From Zygnema circumcarinatum SAG 698-1b (Eukaryota; Plantae; Zygnematophyceae): a stretch of DNA of 64,000 nucleotides. The DNA lies in contig CM074819.1 in assembly GCA_037447605.1 (NCBI GenBank), positions 824,744-888,743 on the forward strand. The letters run 5' to 3'. Shown here piece after piece: positions 61,344-64,000 of this stretch. The translations under genes and the position numbers were made by a program. The notes under the pieces are model-generated. The model was not told the origin of the DNA, did not search any database, and saw nothing but the letters and a program-made list of their open reading frames with translations. How positions within the stretch are numbered: position 1 is the first letter of the stretch; each line of letters begins with the position of its first letter.

Positions 61344-62266
61344 TAAAAGAAAGTCCTATCCACTCGCTAACATCAACTTTTCAACTCAAAACAGATGCAC
61401 TCAAACATCGCTACTTAGCACAAAGGTGCAAGAAAATCTGCAAAGCAAGGCACACTGGCAATGTGGTGTTCCAGTGACCATGATCCAAACCCAAGTTTCA
61501 AACCACGACCTGATGTCGACGGACAGTAAATCTCCAACTCTCTTATGCGACACTTGCCCACTCTGTTACACTGAAGACATAGGATAGTAATGTGGGGATT
61601 GGCATAGAGAACAGTCCTTGAAGCCCAGGGAACCGAACGAGAAGCACAAATTTCACATTAGGAAGGAATGGATGGAAAAAGATTACGTCGAATTTTATTC
61701 ACCAAATAGCCCATGGCGTCAATAGGGAAAGATGGGACGAGACTAGTCCTACGTGGACAGATAGATAGGGGAGAAAGAGAAAGAGAAAGCGAGAGAGAGA
61801 GAGTGGGAAAGAGAAAGAGAACGAGAAAGAGCAAGAGAGCGGGAGAGAGATAGGGTTAGACAGTAAATGGTGCGTATGGTGGACCATCTTTATTCCTCTG
61901 AATTTTCGGAGAATGTAAGGAACCCCGAGCCAGGTACATCTCAAGAATATCTGTCAAATCTCTCGAGACTTCATGAACCTCAATCATGGCCCAAACAGCA
62001 GGCAACCCCTAAAAAGAATGAGATGAAACATGACTGATTCCCACTAATTCTATATGGCAGAGTCGTTCCCTCCCCAGCATATAGAATCCTCACTGTAACC
62101 ATCCGTCCTTCCTACCCCCAAAATACATCAAAAGGACAGTCTGCCTGCCTGCCTCCCCCGGATGCAATACTTACAGAGGTCCCATACGACTGACCATTGC
62201 CAACAACTAACATGACCCCTTAGTCGATTTCGTGGATGTGTAGGAGAACCTAAAAGCAAGCCCATG

Positions 62267-63798
62267 TCACCTGCTGAGAGGGAGAATGCCCCACTGATGC
62301 AGAATACCTTGTCCGCTGGTTACTTCTAACACAAGTAATGCCAATACCGCCAGCATGGCGGCTCTCCCGTTCCAAGTCTCCGCACTCTTGGTCCACCCCC
62401 ACTCCCACACCGCCACAGGGGGAGGGAGCTCTCTCCTCTGGATATCGTAGGTGGCAAGAAGCTCCTCAACACTACCCAAGGGTACGAGCGACTGCAAAGA
62501 TAACAAGGCTGGTTTTAGTCAAGCTTTCTTCCTGGAACGATATCTAGAGGGAAGGCAGAGATAGGATGGACGATTAGGGAAAAAAGGAAATGGGGGCAGC
62601 GAAGAGGTGGGGTGATGGGAAACAGGAAGGTGGGAATGGTGAAATGGAGGAGACGGGGTGGGCGATGAGGGAAGGGAGCAGATGGAGAAGAAGGAAAGGC
62701 AAGCTGCCACGATCTTCATGCCCCGCTCTCCCTCAACATTTTGCTTGTCCAAGGAATAGCAGCATAAATAAAAAAGCTCTTGACCCTCAAGTTTAAGGTA
62801 GCCATAGCATCCGTAAAAAGGTAACAAACAGACAGAGAAACAGAGGTAGAAGCAGAGGCAAAGATAAGAGGTAGACTCTTCATCTCCAAGAAACAGCAAA
62901 ATCGTGGCAAAGACGAGCAGAGGTCACAACTCATATTTGCTTACTAATGCTTATCGGAAGCTTGCTTTAAAATGGCATCCTCACTCAAAAGTCATGCTTT
63001 CCACACAGAACCCACACATTCAATGCTGTATGTATCCAGCATGTGCTTGAGCACAAGAACCACACAAAAGCCTACCCGACTGTAGAGATTGCTGGCGACC
63101 TGCTTGCATATGCATCCGACAGGGAAATGAGTTGATAGACTATAGAAGGGATACTATAAGACGCCATACAACATGTTTCGACATGCTCAGTGAGCTTAGA
63201 GGTGCAAGTATGATTGATTGATGACACACCAAACCATGTTTTGCAGACATCTCTCCATCCACGGAGGTTCTTCTTCCATTTTGCCGGCACATTTAAAGCG
63301 AGCCCTTCCCAAGTCTGCACTAGGAACCCCAATTCATATCAGAGCTAAAATAATGGACACCCTACATACGACAGAGTTGTCCTCCTCCTGGGCAGCCTTC
63401 TGTGTGTCTGTACCGGTCACACCAGAACAATGTCGCAGATCTGTAACAAATAGAATCCCAGTAATTCATGCACAGCAGGCCAGACCTCAAGAAAAACGGA
63501 TGCGTGGTGAAGGTGGATATGCACTTCTTACTCCCGACCATTGGCTAATCTCAGATTGATAGGGTGAGAAAAGTTAAGTGGGTGTAGAAGGCATACTTGT
63601 CGAGCTTCCAAACTGGAAGAAGCCATCGCTCCCACATATGGCAAGGCTTCCAGCACAGCATCTGCGAGGTCCTGAATGAAGCGAGGCTCACAGCCGAGTG
63701 CAGGTACACGACCCCAATTCTTAATGCCGGACACGAGAGCAAGCTCACGGTACTCCCCATCAATTTCTTCCAGGGTTTCTATGTGCTCGCTCACAAAG
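62267..63798 (-). CDS. FC2: Plastid ferrochelatase type II with C-terminal CAB/LHC motif; last two exons 63798-63597 and 62491-62267 (5' part outside the window)
   Basis: Motifs: [52 protein letters not shown], and the CAB motif [20 protein letters not shown]. Confidence 0.95.
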
Positions 63799-64000
63799 CT
63801 GCAAAGAAGACAAAAAGGGCAACAAAATCTCCTTTTTTGAGCATACTAACGACCTTTGAATATCAAAATCTGAAAAAGGCAAGCCCAAGCGTCGTAACGG
63901 AGTTGACAATAACATCTACCGCCTACGTTTCTGGCAATATATCTTGCAGTATAGGAATAATGTGGGGAGGGAGGGGAGGGAGGGGAGGGNNNNNNNNNNG

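Overview
Eukaryotic nuclear DNA from the green plant lineage, probably a streptophyte alga. That assignment is an inference from the gene set, TTTAGGG repeats and GA/CT-rich introns. The window is intron-rich and has eight 10-N gaps. Genes supported by spliced reading frames: the last exon of an unknown gene, tRNA-Thr(CGT), TCF25/Rqc1, an expansin, an EH-domain endocytic adaptor (minus strand, ~14.4 kb, with a ~3.8 kb (GA)n tract in one intron), a PLAC8-domain protein, two SKP1-like paralogues, a SUB1-family O-fucosyltransferase-like protein, two convergent Trk/HKT-family cation transporters, and the 3' end of a CAB-domain ferrochelatase (FC2). The most notable element is a 450-bp TRIM with identical 130-bp LTRs, a PBS, a PPT and a 5-bp TSD. 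Its LTRs carry tRNA-like A/B-box sequence (Cassandra/Helenus-type architecture), and it has inserted into and truncated one SKP1 copy. Other notable structures are a ~1.1-kb inverted duplicate of the expansin 3' end upstream of the same gene, a patchwork of near-identical and diverged tracts between the Trk paralogues, intronic telomere-like arrays that follow the sense strand of the host gene, and Harbinger-like and Tc1/mariner-like MITEs including a ~1.7-kb palindromic composite. Gene models were built by eye from GT-AG sites and reading-frame continuity; no database search was run.
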